Source: an uncultured Rickettsiales bacterium (lineage in GTDB: Bacteria; Pseudomonadota; Alphaproteobacteria; Rs-D84). From it: a DNA stretch of 64,000 nt. Below are positions 45,922 through 55,663 of this stretch, in pieces. The stretch is from positions 17,857 to 81,856 of the forward strand of contig URBZ01000003.1 in the NCBI GenBank assembly GCA_900546225.1, written 5' to 3'. Made by a program: the position numbers and the translations under genes. The notes under the pieces are model-generated. The model was given only the letters and a program-made list of their open reading frames with translations. It made no database searches and had not been told where the DNA came from. Each line of letters starts with the position of its first letter. The first letter of the stretch is position 1.

Positions 45922-47004
45922 TTAATTCTCCGCCGCCAGTATATTATTTATTTCGCCATCAGCGCAAGCAACAAATGCGGCGTCCGGCACATCGGAAAAA
46001 ACATTCATATCCAGACCCGTTGCCCAAACCTGTGCATCGGCACGCCCCAGTTCGGCAAACAAATTCGCACGCGCCACGGCGTCCAGATGGGCAGCGGCCT
46101 CGTCCAACAAAATCAATGGACGTGCACCTGTTTTTGTGTGAATCAATTTCGCGTGCGCCAAAATAATATTTAACAGTGCGGTCTTTTGCTGGCCCGTGCT
46201 GGTCAAATTCGCCGGCAAACCCAGCGCAGTATTAAACACGCCAAAATCCGATTTGTGCGCCCCGTCCAGCACCATTTTATCGCCAACCAATTCGCGATTA
46301 TTACCCAGATATTCCATGTATTCGCGTTCCGCGGCCGCCGCGGGCGCGCCCGACAGCAACATTTTTTCAACAATACCAGCAACAGACACCGCCGCACCGG
46401 TCAGGAAATAATTCAATTCGCCGGCGTACTTTATACGCGCATCGGCAATGGCAACCGATGTTGCCGCAATCTGGGCATCAATGGCGTCCAACCAATGTGC
46501 ATCGCGACCACTTTTCAGTGCAAATGCGCGTTCTGATAATAATTTTCCCAATCGCTGGACGCGGCCACTGTGTGCGGAATCAAAACTGGCCACCAGTCGG
46601 TCAAAGAATGCGCGACGATCAGCGGCACTGTCGACAAATAACCTGTCTTCGCGGGGGGTCAACCACACCATACGCAAGTGCGCCGCCAATTCTGACAGTG
46701 TTGCCGCATCACCATCAACGCGTGCGCGACGATTTGTGTCGCCCGCGTTAAAATAGACCGATATTTCGGTATCATCTGATAATACCGCAAATACTGAAAA
46801 ACCGCCAGATCCCCCAAAGCGCGCAATTTCGCCCCATGGCGCGCCACGCATACCACGATCACCGGACAGCATTGACACGGCCTCCAGTACCGCGGTTTTG
46901 CCCGCGCCATTTGGGCCGGTAATGATAACATTGCGATGCCCGCACGTTGTTATGCGCGCGGTTTTATGGTTTCTGAAATCAGTCAATGTTATCGTTTCAA
47001 TCAT
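45922..47004 (-). CDS. recF: DNA replication and repair protein RecF
   Basis: MIETITLTDFRNH....I......NVIITGPNGAGKTAVLEA (Walker A) and C-terminal LLDEAAAHLD. The start is at ATG 47004. The ORF-track extension to 47235 crosses tRNA-Cys and is rejected. Confidence 0.9.
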   Translation of the reverse strand: MIETITLTDFRNHKTARITTCGHRNVIITGPNGAGKTAVLEAVSMLSGDRGMRGAPWGEIARFGGSGGFSVFAVLSDDTEISVYFNAGDTNRRARVDGDAATLSELAAHLRMVWLTPREDRLFVDSAADRRAFFDRLVASFDSAHSGRVQRLGKLLSERAFALKSGRDAHWLDAIDAQIAATSVAIADARIKYAGELNYFLTGAAVSVAGIVEKMLLSGAPAAAAEREYMEYLGNNRELVGDKMVLDGAHKSDFGVFNTALGLPANLTSTGQQKTALLNIILAHAKLIHTKTGARPLILLDEAAAHLDAVARANLFAELGRADAQVWATGLDMNVFSDVPDAAFVACADGEINNILAAEN

Positions 47005-47043
47005 GCGGCGATTGTACGGCATTATAGGTAAAAGTTCAAACAT

Positions 47044-47069
47044 AAAAAAATGCGAACCGCGCCGGTTCG
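47044..47069 (-). terminator. Second terminator downstream of tRNA-Cys
   Basis: On the minus strand, CGAACCG-gcg-CGGTTCG is followed by CATTTTTTT. Confidence 0.55.
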
Positions 47070-47084
47070 ATAGCACCAATGTCC

Positions 47085-47110
47085 AAAATAAAATTCCCGA
47101 CAAGCGGGAA
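47085..47110 (-). terminator. tRNA-Cys terminator
   Basis: On the minus strand, TTCCCG-cttgt-CGGGAA is followed by TTTTATTTT. Confidence 0.65.
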
Positions 47111-47118
47111 TTTAATTT

Positions 47119-47192
47119 TGGAGGCCTGGGTCGGAATCGAACCGGCATACAAGGATTTGCAGTCCTCTGCATAACCACTCTGCCACCAGGCC
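47119..47192 (-). tRNA. tRNA-Cys (anticodon GCA)
   Basis: The reverse complement is GGCCTGG..GCAGAGTGGTTATGC..GGACTGCAAATCC..GCCGGTTCGATTCCGAC..CCAGGCCTCCA. It is 74 nt with an encoded CCA. Confidence 0.9.
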
Positions 47193-47283
47193 AATCGTGT
47201 GAAGACATACTAAGCAAAAAAAAATTGTAATTCAACAGAAAAATTATATTATACGTATGTTTATTAGGGGAAAGAGAGAGTAC

Positions 47284-48624
47284 ATGAGGAAAATAGCACT
47301 GTTTTTATGCCTGCTGCCGACGCTGGCATATGGCGCAGATGATAATTGCGCCACGCGGACAACCGTGCCGGCGGGGCGTCTGAACCTGCCCCAGGTGGTG
47401 GATTTGGGCCTGTGTCGCAATCCAACAACAACGGCGTCTTACTATGCGTTACAGTCCGCACGTTTTGCAAAAAACGCTGGTTATGCGAATTATCTGCCAA
47501 ATGTGTCGGCATCTGCATCGGCATCATTGCCATATCGTAACAAAGAATGGGGCGATTGGTCATATGGGGCATCGCTGTCCGCATCATATTTACTGTTTGA
47601 TTTTGGAAAACGTTTGGCGGACGTAAACCAGTTGACGGCATCGTGGCGCGCCGCGGGTTTTGACTATGACGAAAATGTCCAGAATTATATCTATGGTATT
47701 ATTGGCGCGTACTATAATTTGTTGAATGCCGACGCCGACGTCAAGAGTGCCGACAGTTTACGCACCGTGGCACAAACCGCACGTGATACCGCCGCCAAGA
47801 AATTCAAGGCCGGTTCGGTCGCCAAGGCCGACGTACTGAAAGCCGACACCACATTGGCCAGCCGTAATTTGGATTTGGAACGCGCGAAAAACAATCGCGA
47901 AATTGCCAAGGGTGCATTGCTGGCAAAATTGTCTTTCCCAGCCACACAGGACATCGAAATTGCCGATATGCCATCTGAATTTGGTCGCGCATCTGAAATC
48001 CAGAGTGTCGAAGAATTGATAGAAATGGCACAAAAATCACGGCCTGATTTATTAAAAGCCGCGGCAAACAAAGACGCCGCGTGGCATCGTCGCAATGCGT
48101 CGTTTTTGAAAAATCTGCCCAGCATTTCTGCATCGGGATCGGTTGCATGGAATGACACCCCGTCGGAAAGTTTCAACAGTGGTTCTGATAAAATCAGTGG
48201 CAGCATTGGTATCCGCGCGTCTATGCCAATATTTGCGGGGTTTGCAAATATGTACGGTGTACGTCAGGCACAGGCGAACTATGACGCGGCATTGGAACAG
48301 GAACGTGCCACCGCTGATAATGCGACGTTGGACATATTTACCGTGTACCAGAATTACAAGACCGCCCAGACCGTGTTGACCCAGACAGAAACGCTGTTAA
48401 AGTCCGCAACGGAAAGCGAACGCGTCACCGCCGGTATGTACAAGGTTGGACGCGCAACCATGTTGGATTGGCAAACGGCCCAGTCAGAACTGGTTGATGC
48501 ACAAAAACAAAACAATGCCGCAAAATATGACCTGTTTACAAAACGCGCGGCGGTCGCATTGGCGATTGGTGAAATTAAAGTAGGATTGGAGGGAAAAAAT
48601 GAAGAAAACACAGCGCAAGAATAA
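47284..48624 (+). CDS. TolC-family outer-membrane efflux protein
   Basis: Signal peptide MRKIALFLCLLPTLAYG, two repeated coiled-coil/beta halves, and L..A...NP....A.......A-type motifs. It lies upstream of a MacA-like adaptor. Confidence 0.8.
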   Translation: MRKIALFLCLLPTLAYGADDNCATRTTVPAGRLNLPQVVDLGLCRNPTTTASYYALQSARFAKNAGYANYLPNVSASASASLPYRNKEWGDWSYGASLSASYLLFDFGKRLADVNQLTASWRAAGFDYDENVQNYIYGIIGAYYNLLNADADVKSADSLRTVAQTARDTAAKKFKAGSVAKADVLKADTTLASRNLDLERAKNNREIAKGALLAKLSFPATQDIEIADMPSEFGRASEIQSVEELIEMAQKSRPDLLKAAANKDAAWHRRNASFLKNLPSISASGSVAWNDTPSESFNSGSDKISGSIGIRASMPIFAGFANMYGVRQAQANYDAALEQERATADNATLDIFTVYQNYKTAQTVLTQTETLLKSATESERVTAGMYKVGRATMLDWQTAQSELVDAQKQNNAAKYDLFTKRAAVALAIGEIKVGLEGKNEENTAQE

Positions 48625-49816
48625 TGCTGTTGTCACAAAACCACGGCTGACGTTTATTCGTCGTGCTGGCAAATGGGTTTGGCGTAAAAAATGGTGGATT
48701 ATGATATTGGCCGCCATTGTGTGGGGAATTTTCGCATTGTTCGGTGGTGGCACGCAAAAGGTTGAACCATTGGCCACCATGGAAATCACACGTGGCGAGA
48801 TGCGTCAGGTTGTAACCGCAACCGGCGAAATTCAACCGCTGAACACCGTCAGTGTTGGTTCACAGGTATCGGGCACAATTGAAAAACTGTACGTTGATTT
48901 TAATTCCAAGGTGAAGAAAGGTGACGTCCTGTTGGAAATTGAACCGTCTGTATTACAGGCATCTGTGGACGAAGCCAAGGCATCATTGGTCAGTGCCCAG
49001 TCCCAGCGCAATTATGCAAAGAGCGAATATCAGCGCAACAAGACACTGTACAACGAAGGATTTATTTCCCGCGCAGAAATGGAACAATCCCAGACCACAT
49101 ATGAACAGGCCGAACAATCGGTTAAACGTATGCAATCGCAATATGACCGTGCGGTGACAAATCTGGGGTATGCAACGATTACATCGCCGGTTGATGGCAC
49201 AGTCATCGCGCGCGAGGTTGATGTTGGCCAAACTGTTGCGGCATCGTTCCAAACACCAAATTTGTTCAAAATTGCCGAAGACCTGTCCCAGATGCAAATT
49301 GAAACATCTGTATCAGAGGCAGACATAGGTGTTATCAAAGAAGGGCAGGCCGTCACATTTACGGTTGATGCATATCCAAATCAGACATTTGATGGAACAG
49401 TGCGCCAGATTCGTTTATCGCCAACCACCACATCAAACGTTGTTGTTTATACCGTTGTGATTGATGTTGATAATTCTGACCTGCGTCTGATGCCAGGAAT
49501 GACCGCATTCGTGACAATCGTCGTAACTGAAAAGCACGATGTGTTCAAGGTTCAAAATGCCGCATTAGTGTTGCGTAAATTTGATGGCATTGTTGACAAT
49601 GCAGGCGATGCGACACCAAATGACCACTTGGCAATTCAGCGTGACGGCAAGGTTATTTTAATTCCGTATACCAAAGGTCTGGTCACAGCAACCGAAACAG
49701 AAATTATATCTGACGAATTGCGTGACGGTGACCGTGTGGTTATTGGTCGCACAGGACAAAAGACCGCAAATACCACCAACAGAATGGGTGGCCCTGGCGG
49801 CGGCAGACCAATGTAA
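48599..49816 (+). CDS. Efflux periplasmic adaptor (HlyD/MacA family)
   Basis: TM anchor, lipoyl-like GDVLLEIEP.., coiled-coil region, and ..ITSPVDGTVI.. The SD GGAGGG precedes the ATG. The gene overlaps the tolC-like end by 26 nt. Confidence 0.8.
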   Translation: MKKTQRKNNAVVTKPRLTFIRRAGKWVWRKKWWIMILAAIVWGIFALFGGGTQKVEPLATMEITRGEMRQVVTATGEIQPLNTVSVGSQVSGTIEKLYVDFNSKVKKGDVLLEIEPSVLQASVDEAKASLVSAQSQRNYAKSEYQRNKTLYNEGFISRAEMEQSQTTYEQAEQSVKRMQSQYDRAVTNLGYATITSPVDGTVIAREVDVGQTVAASFQTPNLFKIAEDLSQMQIETSVSEADIGVIKEGQAVTFTVDAYPNQTFDGTVRQIRLSPTTTSNVVVYTVVIDVDNSDLRLMPGMTAFVTIVVTEKHDVFKVQNAALVLRKFDGIVDNAGDATPNDHLAIQRDGKVILIPYTKGLVTATETEIISDELRDGDRVVIGRTGQKTANTTNRMGGPGGGRPM

Positions 49817-49826
49817 GGATAAAAAA

Positions 49827-49850
49827 CGCACGCGTTTGCGTGCGTTTTTT
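49827..49850 (+). terminator. Intrinsic terminator between the adaptor and ABC ATPase genes
   Basis: CGCACGC-gttt-GCGTGCG is followed by T6 and preceded by A6. Confidence 0.7.
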
Positions 49851-49901
49851 CTGTGCCAATTCAAAAATTCAGTGTATAATATTCGCCCGAGGGGAAATGT
49901 T

Positions 49902-50633
49902 ATGAAAAAAACACAAAAGTCGTCCGAAATTGTTATTTCTATGCAGGATATTTGTAAAAGTTTTCCTGTGGAATTGGGCGGCGAACAACAGGTTTTGTTT
50001 GATATAAATTTTGATGTGCATGTCGGTGAATTTGTCGCAATTATGGGGCCATCGGGGTCTGGTAAATCAACATGTATGAATATTATAGGTGCGTTGGATA
50101 CGCCTACGTCTGGTACATATGAACTGTATGGGCGCGACATTACAAATATGACGCCTGATGAATTGGCAAAAATCAGAAACGAATACATTGGTTTTGTGTT
50201 CCAGCAATTTAATTTATTGTCTAAACGCAGCGTACTGGACAATGTGATGTTGCCACTGATGTATCGTGGGCTGCCCATGGCGGAACGTGTGCGGCGTGCA
50301 CGCGAAATGTTGGCACGTGTGGGATTGGAAAAATTCGAATCTTATTTACCAACACAATTGTCGGGCGGTATGAAACAACGTGTCGCGATTGCGCGCGCAT
50401 TGGCTGGCGACCCGAAACTGATTCTGGCGGACGAACCAACCGGCGCACTGGACAGTAAAATGGGGAACGAGATTTTGAAGTTCTTTACAAAATTAAATCG
50501 CGAATTGGGAATCACCATCGTTATGATTACGCATGAATTTGATATTGCAAAATATGCAAGTCGCCTGATACACATTCGTGACGGACATATCAATTATGAT
50601 GGCAAAATGCCCAAGACGGATGACAAATTGTAA
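49902..50633 (+). CDS. MacB/LolD-type ABC transporter ATP-binding protein
   Basis: Walker A GPSGSGKST, Q-loop FVFQQFNLL, signature LSGGMKQRVAIARAL, and Walker B ILADEPTGALD. The start is at MKKTQK. Confidence 0.9.
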   Translation: MKKTQKSSEIVISMQDICKSFPVELGGEQQVLFDINFDVHVGEFVAIMGPSGSGKSTCMNIIGALDTPTSGTYELYGRDITNMTPDELAKIRNEYIGFVFQQFNLLSKRSVLDNVMLPLMYRGLPMAERVRRAREMLARVGLEKFESYLPTQLSGGMKQRVAIARALAGDPKLILADEPTGALDSKMGNEILKFFTKLNRELGITIVMITHEFDIAKYASRLIHIRDGHINYDGKMPKTDDKL

Positions 50634-50635
50634 TT

Positions 50636-51865
50636 GTGGGGGCAAAAATGACATTTAACGATATTTTCAAAGAATCTTGGCTGTCAATCAGCGGGAACAA
50701 AATTCGTTCTTTTCTGACCGTATTGGGTATTGTTATTGGTGTTATGGCGGTGGTGATTATGGTGGCCGTTGGTGAAACGGTACAGAAACAAATTACAGAC
50801 CAGTTTTCATCACTGGGGACGGGCACGGTTGTTATTCGTGCTGGGGCGGCGCAAACCGGTGGTGTGCGCAGTGGTAATCGCCAAACACTGACAACCGATG
50901 ACGCCGAATACATTGCCAAATTACCATATGTTGCCGCTGTCAGTCCCGTTCAAATGTCGGGGGCACAGGTGGTGTACGGTAACAAAAACTGGTCAACATC
51001 AATGGTTGGTTCATACCCAGATTATCTAACCGTCCAAAACACAGAAATGGACAAAGGTGCATTCTTTGACGCAACCGCGGTCAGGAATGCGTCCACATAC
51101 GCCGTAATTGGCCCGACAACGGCCGAAGAATTAGGTCTGCCAGACAATCCAATCGGCACGGTAATTCGCGTCCAGAATACGCCTTTTGTTGTTATTGGTG
51201 TTACCAAGGCCAAAGGCGATTCTGCCATGGGTAGCCAAGACGATTTAGTAATTATTCCTATTACCACACTGAAAAAACGTTTGTCAGGCAGCCGTTTCCC
51301 AAATGCTGTTCAAATGATTACACTGAAATTATATTCTGATGCCGATAATAATTTGGCTATTGAACAAATTTCAGCACTGTTACGTAGTCGCCATAAACTG
51401 AAAGACGCCGATGCCGACGATTTCCAAATTATGGACATGAAACAGGTTATGGAAACGATGAACACGGTCACTGGATACATGAAAATGCTGTTGATTGCGA
51501 TTGCGGCGGTATCGTTGCTGGTGGGCGCAATCGGCATTATGAACATGATGTTGGTATCGGTCGCGGAACGCACGCGCGAAATCGGTATTCGCAAGGCCAT
51601 CGGTGCACGTGAACGCCAGATTATTATTCAGTTCTTGTCTGAATCAATCCTGATTTCATTTATTGGTTCAATGGCGGGACTGATTATCGGTGTCGGCCTG
51701 TCCCAAGGGGTTGGTCGCCTGTGGCTAGGTTATAACGTGCCGTTTTCAATGTGGCCGGTAATATTGTCTGTGTCGGTTGCAGTAATTGTTGGACTGGCGT
51801 CTGGTGTTGTGCCAGCGTTAAAGGCCGCGAAACTGAACCCAATCGACAGTTTACGCCACGAATAA
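50636..51865 (+). CDS. MacB-type ABC permease (FtsX fold with periplasmic domain)
   Basis: N-terminal ..N..RS.LT.LGI.IGV..V, a large periplasmic domain, and the C-terminal FtsX-like ERTREIGIRKAIGA. Confidence 0.85.
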   Translation: MGAKMTFNDIFKESWLSISGNKIRSFLTVLGIVIGVMAVVIMVAVGETVQKQITDQFSSLGTGTVVIRAGAAQTGGVRSGNRQTLTTDDAEYIAKLPYVAAVSPVQMSGAQVVYGNKNWSTSMVGSYPDYLTVQNTEMDKGAFFDATAVRNASTYAVIGPTTAEELGLPDNPIGTVIRVQNTPFVVIGVTKAKGDSAMGSQDDLVIIPITTLKKRLSGSRFPNAVQMITLKLYSDADNNLAIEQISALLRSRHKLKDADADDFQIMDMKQVMETMNTVTGYMKMLLIAIAAVSLLVGAIGIMNMMLVSVAERTREIGIRKAIGARERQIIIQFLSESILISFIGSMAGLIIGVGLSQGVGRLWLGYNVPFSMWPVILSVSVAVIVGLASGVVPALKAAKLNPIDSLRHE

Positions 51866-51870
51866 AGAAC

Positions 51871-51896
51871 CACCGGCAAATGCCGGTGTTTTTTTT
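51871..51896 (+). terminator. Terminator (CCGGCAAATGCCGG family)
   Basis: CACCGGCAAATGCCGGTG is followed by T8. Confidence 0.75.
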
Positions 51897-51941
51897 GGAA
51901 AGTGTGCCCGCCTGTGCTGCGGCTGCGCCGCGATAAAATGG

Positions 51942-51969
51942 TTGCAATCAGGAAAAACTCTGTTATAAT
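51942..51969 (+). promoter_or_regulatory. Sigma-70-like promoter for tRNA-Val(GAC)
   Basis: TTGCAA (51942-47), 16-nt spacer, TATAAT (51964-69). It lies 12 nt upstream of the tRNA 5' end. Confidence 0.6.
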
Positions 51970-51981
51970 GCGCGGTGCATT

Positions 51982-52058
51982 GGGTGGTTAGCTCAGTTGG
52001 TTAGAGCGTTACGTTGACATCGTAAAGGTCGTTGGTTCGAGTCCAATACCACCCACCA
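51982..52058 (+). tRNA. tRNA-Val (anticodon GAC)
   Basis: Acceptor GGGTGGT/ACCACCC, anticodon stem TTACG/CGTAA with loop TTGACAT, T arm GTTGG-TTCGAGT-CCAAT, and an encoded CCA. Confidence 0.9.
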
Positions 52059-52164
52059 CAAATTTTCACCACAGTGTGAACACAGCGTATAAATAAATTT
52101 ATTAGGAAATTAAACAATGCGAATGCAGAACTAATCTTGAATAAAATTTTCTGACGGGATTCTG

Positions 52165-52194
52165 TGCGACGCCCCGTTGGGCGTCGCATTTTTA
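52165..52194 (+). terminator. Strong intrinsic terminator 23 nt upstream of the metG ATG
   Basis: TGCGACGCCC-cgtt-GGGCGTCGCA is followed by TTTTTATT. Confidence 0.7.
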
Positions 52195-52217
52195 TTAAAA
52201 TACAACAGGGCACAATT

Positions 52218-54215
52218 ATGACAAACAAAAGCAATAAATATTTAATTACATCTGCATTACCATACGTAAATGGTGAGTTGCATCTGGGGCACTTGATTGG
52301 CTGCTATCTGCCATCGGACATTTATGCACGTTTTTGCCGCGCACGCGGGCGCGATGTATTGTACGTTTGTGGGGCGGACGAACACGGCACACCGGTTATT
52401 GTTGGCGCGGCGGCGGCCGGTATGTCAATTACAGATTATGCGAACAAGTGGTATGAAAAACACTTGCGCGCGGTGCGAGATTTCAACCTGTCGTTTGACC
52501 TGTATGGGCGCACGCATACCGAACGCCAAGAAAAACTGATTCACGAATTGTTCGCGCGCTTGGACGCCCAAGGATTGATTGAGGAACGCGAAACACTGCA
52601 ACCATATTCGGCAACCGATAATATGTTTTTGGCCGATCGCCAGTTGCTGGGAACGTGTCCAAAGTGTGGCTATGAAAACGCACGTGGCGACCAGTGCGAC
52701 AAATGTGGCGCCACATACGAAGTGGACGAATTAAAAAATCCGCGCAGTGCGATTTCTGGGGCGTGTGACGTTGAAATGCGTCCGACCAAGAATTTGTTCT
52801 TTATGGCGTCGCGCGTCCAAGGCGTCTGGCGCGAATGGTTAAAATCGCATGCACCAAAATGGTCAAAGACCGCCAGTGCGATTGCAAATGGCTGGGCATC
52901 GGACGAATTGCGCGACACATCAATTACGCGCGACCTGCCGTGGGGGATTCCCGTCAACAAGCCAGGGTATGAAAACAAGGTGTTCTATGTTTGGTTTGAT
53001 GCGCCATGGGGTTATGTTTCTATATCACAGGCCGCACGCGAAAACTGGGCCGATTGGTGGAAAAATCCAGATGCGCACTATGCGCAATTTATGGGCAAAG
53101 ATAACGTGAAATTCCATGCGGTATTTTTCCCAGAACAACAGTTGGCAATGAACGATAATTGGAAAACTGTCGATATGTTAAAGTCCATGAATTTCCTGAA
53201 TTTCGAGGGTGGCAAGTTTTCCAAGTCCCAGCATCGTGGCATCTTTCTGGACAGTGCGATTGAAATCGCCCCTGCCGACGCGTGGCGTTATGCACTGATT
53301 GCGTCCGCCCCAGAAACAGACGATACAGATTTCACATTTACGCGCTTTGCCGACATTGTGAACAAGGACTTGAACGGTATGTTGGGGAACTTTGTTTCAC
53401 GCGTTTGCAAATTGACCGCCAAGAATTTTGGCACAAACGTACCGGTGGCTGGCACAGTTGATGCAGATTTGAAAAATCAAATAAACGAAAAAATTACAGA
53501 ATTGACCACGGCACTTGACGCATGCGAATTTCGTGCGGCCGTTGTTGCGTTGCGTGGTCTGTATGCGATTGGCAACGAATATATGACACGATGCGAACCA
53601 TGGACACTGGTAAAAAATGGCGACATGGCTGGGGCCGCCGCAGTGTTGAATCAATGTTTCCAGTTGATTGACCTGTATGCGCGCGTATCTGCGCCATTTA
53701 TACCAAATGCCGCGGAAAAAATGCAGGGTATATTTGCAGATAAACATGATATGACGTGGCCAGACGCGTTTGAATCCCGTATCGCCGATGGCGCAGAATT
53801 TGTCGTACCTGAAAATCTGTTTGCGCGTATTGATGATGAAACAGTAACAGAACTGACCGAAAAATATGCACCACGCAACGAAAACAAAATTGTGCCGGTT
53901 GTGGCGAAAATTGTTGCGGTGCGCGACCACCCAACACGTGAAAACCTGCATATATTGACCGTGGACGATGGCACGCATCACGAATTACAAATCGTGTGTG
54001 GTGCGCCAAATGTACGTGCGGGTATGATTGGGGTCTTGGCACCCGTGGGCGCAACATTGCCAAATATGAAAAAGCCAATTTCCCAGCGCACCGTTGCCGG
54101 CACAGAATCATTTGGTATGATGTGCAGTGGCGCGGAACTGGGCATAAATGACAATGGCGACGAAATTGTTGAACTGGGCGCAGACGCCAAAATCGGCGAT
54201 GCGTATGTAAAGTAA
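52218..54215 (+). CDS. metG: Methionyl-tRNA synthetase with C-terminal tRNA-binding (EMAP/Trbp111-like) domain
   Basis: YLITSALPYVNGELHLGH (HIGH), zinc knuckle CPKCGYENARGDQCDKCG, KFSKSQHRG (KMSKS), and a C-terminal OB-fold ..LQIVCGAPNVRAG... The start is at ATG 52218. Confidence 0.95.
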   Translation: MTNKSNKYLITSALPYVNGELHLGHLIGCYLPSDIYARFCRARGRDVLYVCGADEHGTPVIVGAAAAGMSITDYANKWYEKHLRAVRDFNLSFDLYGRTHTERQEKLIHELFARLDAQGLIEERETLQPYSATDNMFLADRQLLGTCPKCGYENARGDQCDKCGATYEVDELKNPRSAISGACDVEMRPTKNLFFMASRVQGVWREWLKSHAPKWSKTASAIANGWASDELRDTSITRDLPWGIPVNKPGYENKVFYVWFDAPWGYVSISQAARENWADWWKNPDAHYAQFMGKDNVKFHAVFFPEQQLAMNDNWKTVDMLKSMNFLNFEGGKFSKSQHRGIFLDSAIEIAPADAWRYALIASAPETDDTDFTFTRFADIVNKDLNGMLGNFVSRVCKLTAKNFGTNVPVAGTVDADLKNQINEKITELTTALDACEFRAAVVALRGLYAIGNEYMTRCEPWTLVKNGDMAGAAAVLNQCFQLIDLYARVSAPFIPNAAEKMQGIFADKHDMTWPDAFESRIADGAEFVVPENLFARIDDETVTELTEKYAPRNENKIVPVVAKIVAVRDHPTRENLHILTVDDGTHHELQIVCGAPNVRAGMIGVLAPVGATLPNMKKPISQRTVAGTESFGMMCSGAELGINDNGDEIVELGADAKIGDAYVK

Positions 54216-54216
54216 G

Positions 54217-54753
54217 ATGGAACACGAAAAACTGGTTTTAATGTCATGCTGTGCGCCGTGCAGTGCCGGCGCAATTCAGCAGTTGGCAAACGGGGAAATT
54301 GCGGGTGTGGACGATTTTATCGTGCTGTTTTTCAACCCTAATATTTTTCCAGAATCAGAATATACAAAACGCCTGAATGAACAAATCAAGTATTGTGAAA
54401 AACTGGGTGTAAAGTATGCCGTCGGAAATTACGACCATGCGGCATGGCGCGCGCACATTGCGGGTTTGGAAAACGAGCCCGAACGTGGCGCGCGATGCGG
54501 CAAATGTTTTGAATTTCGGTTTCAGTATGCGGCCGCGTTTGCCCGCGCGCACGGTTACACCGCGGTGGCGTCCGTGTTCGGCGTATCACGCCACAAAGAC
54601 CAGTCACAGGTTGATGCCGCGGGGCAGGGCGCATTGGGTGCATGCTATATTCCAATCAAATGGGACGAAAAATTACGTCAACAAATTGGGCGCGCGTCTG
54701 ATTTTTACCGCCAAAATTATTGCGGTTGCGAATTTAGTATTCGCAAAGTATAA
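54217..54753 (+). CDS. queH: Epoxyqueuosine reductase QueH (DUF208)
   Basis: LMSCCAPCS near the N-terminus, CGKCFEFR, and the C-terminal YRQNYCGCEFS. Confidence 0.8.
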   Translation: MEHEKLVLMSCCAPCSAGAIQQLANGEIAGVDDFIVLFFNPNIFPESEYTKRLNEQIKYCEKLGVKYAVGNYDHAAWRAHIAGLENEPERGARCGKCFEFRFQYAAAFARAHGYTAVASVFGVSRHKDQSQVDAAGQGALGACYIPIKWDEKLRQQIGRASDFYRQNYCGCEFSIRKV

Positions 54754-54779
54754 TTCCCATTGTAATTACAACAAGGGTA

Positions 54780-55661
54780 ATGAATATGTCTGCTATTTTT
54801 GTTTTCCCAGGTCAGGGCGCACAGGCCGTTGGCATGGGACGCGAACTGTATGAAAATAACGCCGCCGCCCGCGCCGTCTTTGACGAGGTTGACGATGCGT
54901 TAAATCAAAAATTATCTGATATTATTTTTAACGGCCCAATGGACGAATTGACATTGACCGCAAATGTTCAGCCGGCGATTATGGCAACGTCGATTGCAAT
55001 GCTGCGTGCGGCGCGCGAAAAATTACCAGAATATGTTGCCGGCCACAGTTTGGGTGAATACACGGCACTGTGCGCGGCGGGTGCGTTATCGTTACGTGAT
55101 ACGGCGCGGTTGTTGCGACTGCGCGGCGACGCGATGCAACGGGCGGCACCGGCGGGCACTGGATTGACTGCTGTGATTCTGGGGCTGGACATTGATGTTG
55201 TTCGTGATTTGTGTCATGGCACAGAATGCGATGTTGCAAATGACAACTGTCCAAATCAGGTTGTTGTATCGGGCGCACGCAATGCTGTCGAAGATGTTTT
55301 GGCCCGCGCCAAAGATGCGGGCGCACGTCGCGCAATGCCACTGGCGTTATCTGTGCCGGTTCATTGCCGTATGCAAGGGCCCGCGGCGGACGAAATGCGG
55401 GACGCATTGGCGCACATTGAAATTGCGCAACCCAGCGCAACATTTATCGCAAACAAGACGGCCGCACCAATGATGGACGTAAATGAAATCAAGGACGAAT
55501 TGGTGTACCAAATGACCCACGGCGTTCGTTGGCGCGAAAGCGTGATGGAAATGCATAATTTAGGCATCACGGAACAAATTGAAATCGGGCCGGGCAATGT
55601 CTTGACAGGATTGGCGGGCAGAATATGTCCAGAAATAAACGCAAAGAAATTGGAGATATAA
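54780..55661 (+). CDS. fabD: Malonyl-CoA:ACP transacylase FabD
   Basis: FVFPGQGAQAVGMG and the active-site GHSLGEYTAL. Confidence 0.9.
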   Translation: MNMSAIFVFPGQGAQAVGMGRELYENNAAARAVFDEVDDALNQKLSDIIFNGPMDELTLTANVQPAIMATSIAMLRAAREKLPEYVAGHSLGEYTALCAAGALSLRDTARLLRLRGDAMQRAAPAGTGLTAVILGLDIDVVRDLCHGTECDVANDNCPNQVVVSGARNAVEDVLARAKDAGARRAMPLALSVPVHCRMQGPAADEMRDALAHIEIAQPSATFIANKTAAPMMDVNEIKDELVYQMTHGVRWRESVMEMHNLGITEQIEIGPGNVLTGLAGRICPEINAKKLEI

Positions 55662-55663
55662 AG

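Noticed and set aside
47005-47235. The N-terminal extension of the recF ORF (437-aa version).
   Set aside because: The extension runs across tRNA-Cys (47119-47192) and its two terminators. RecF homology begins at MIETITLTDFRNH (ATG 47004).
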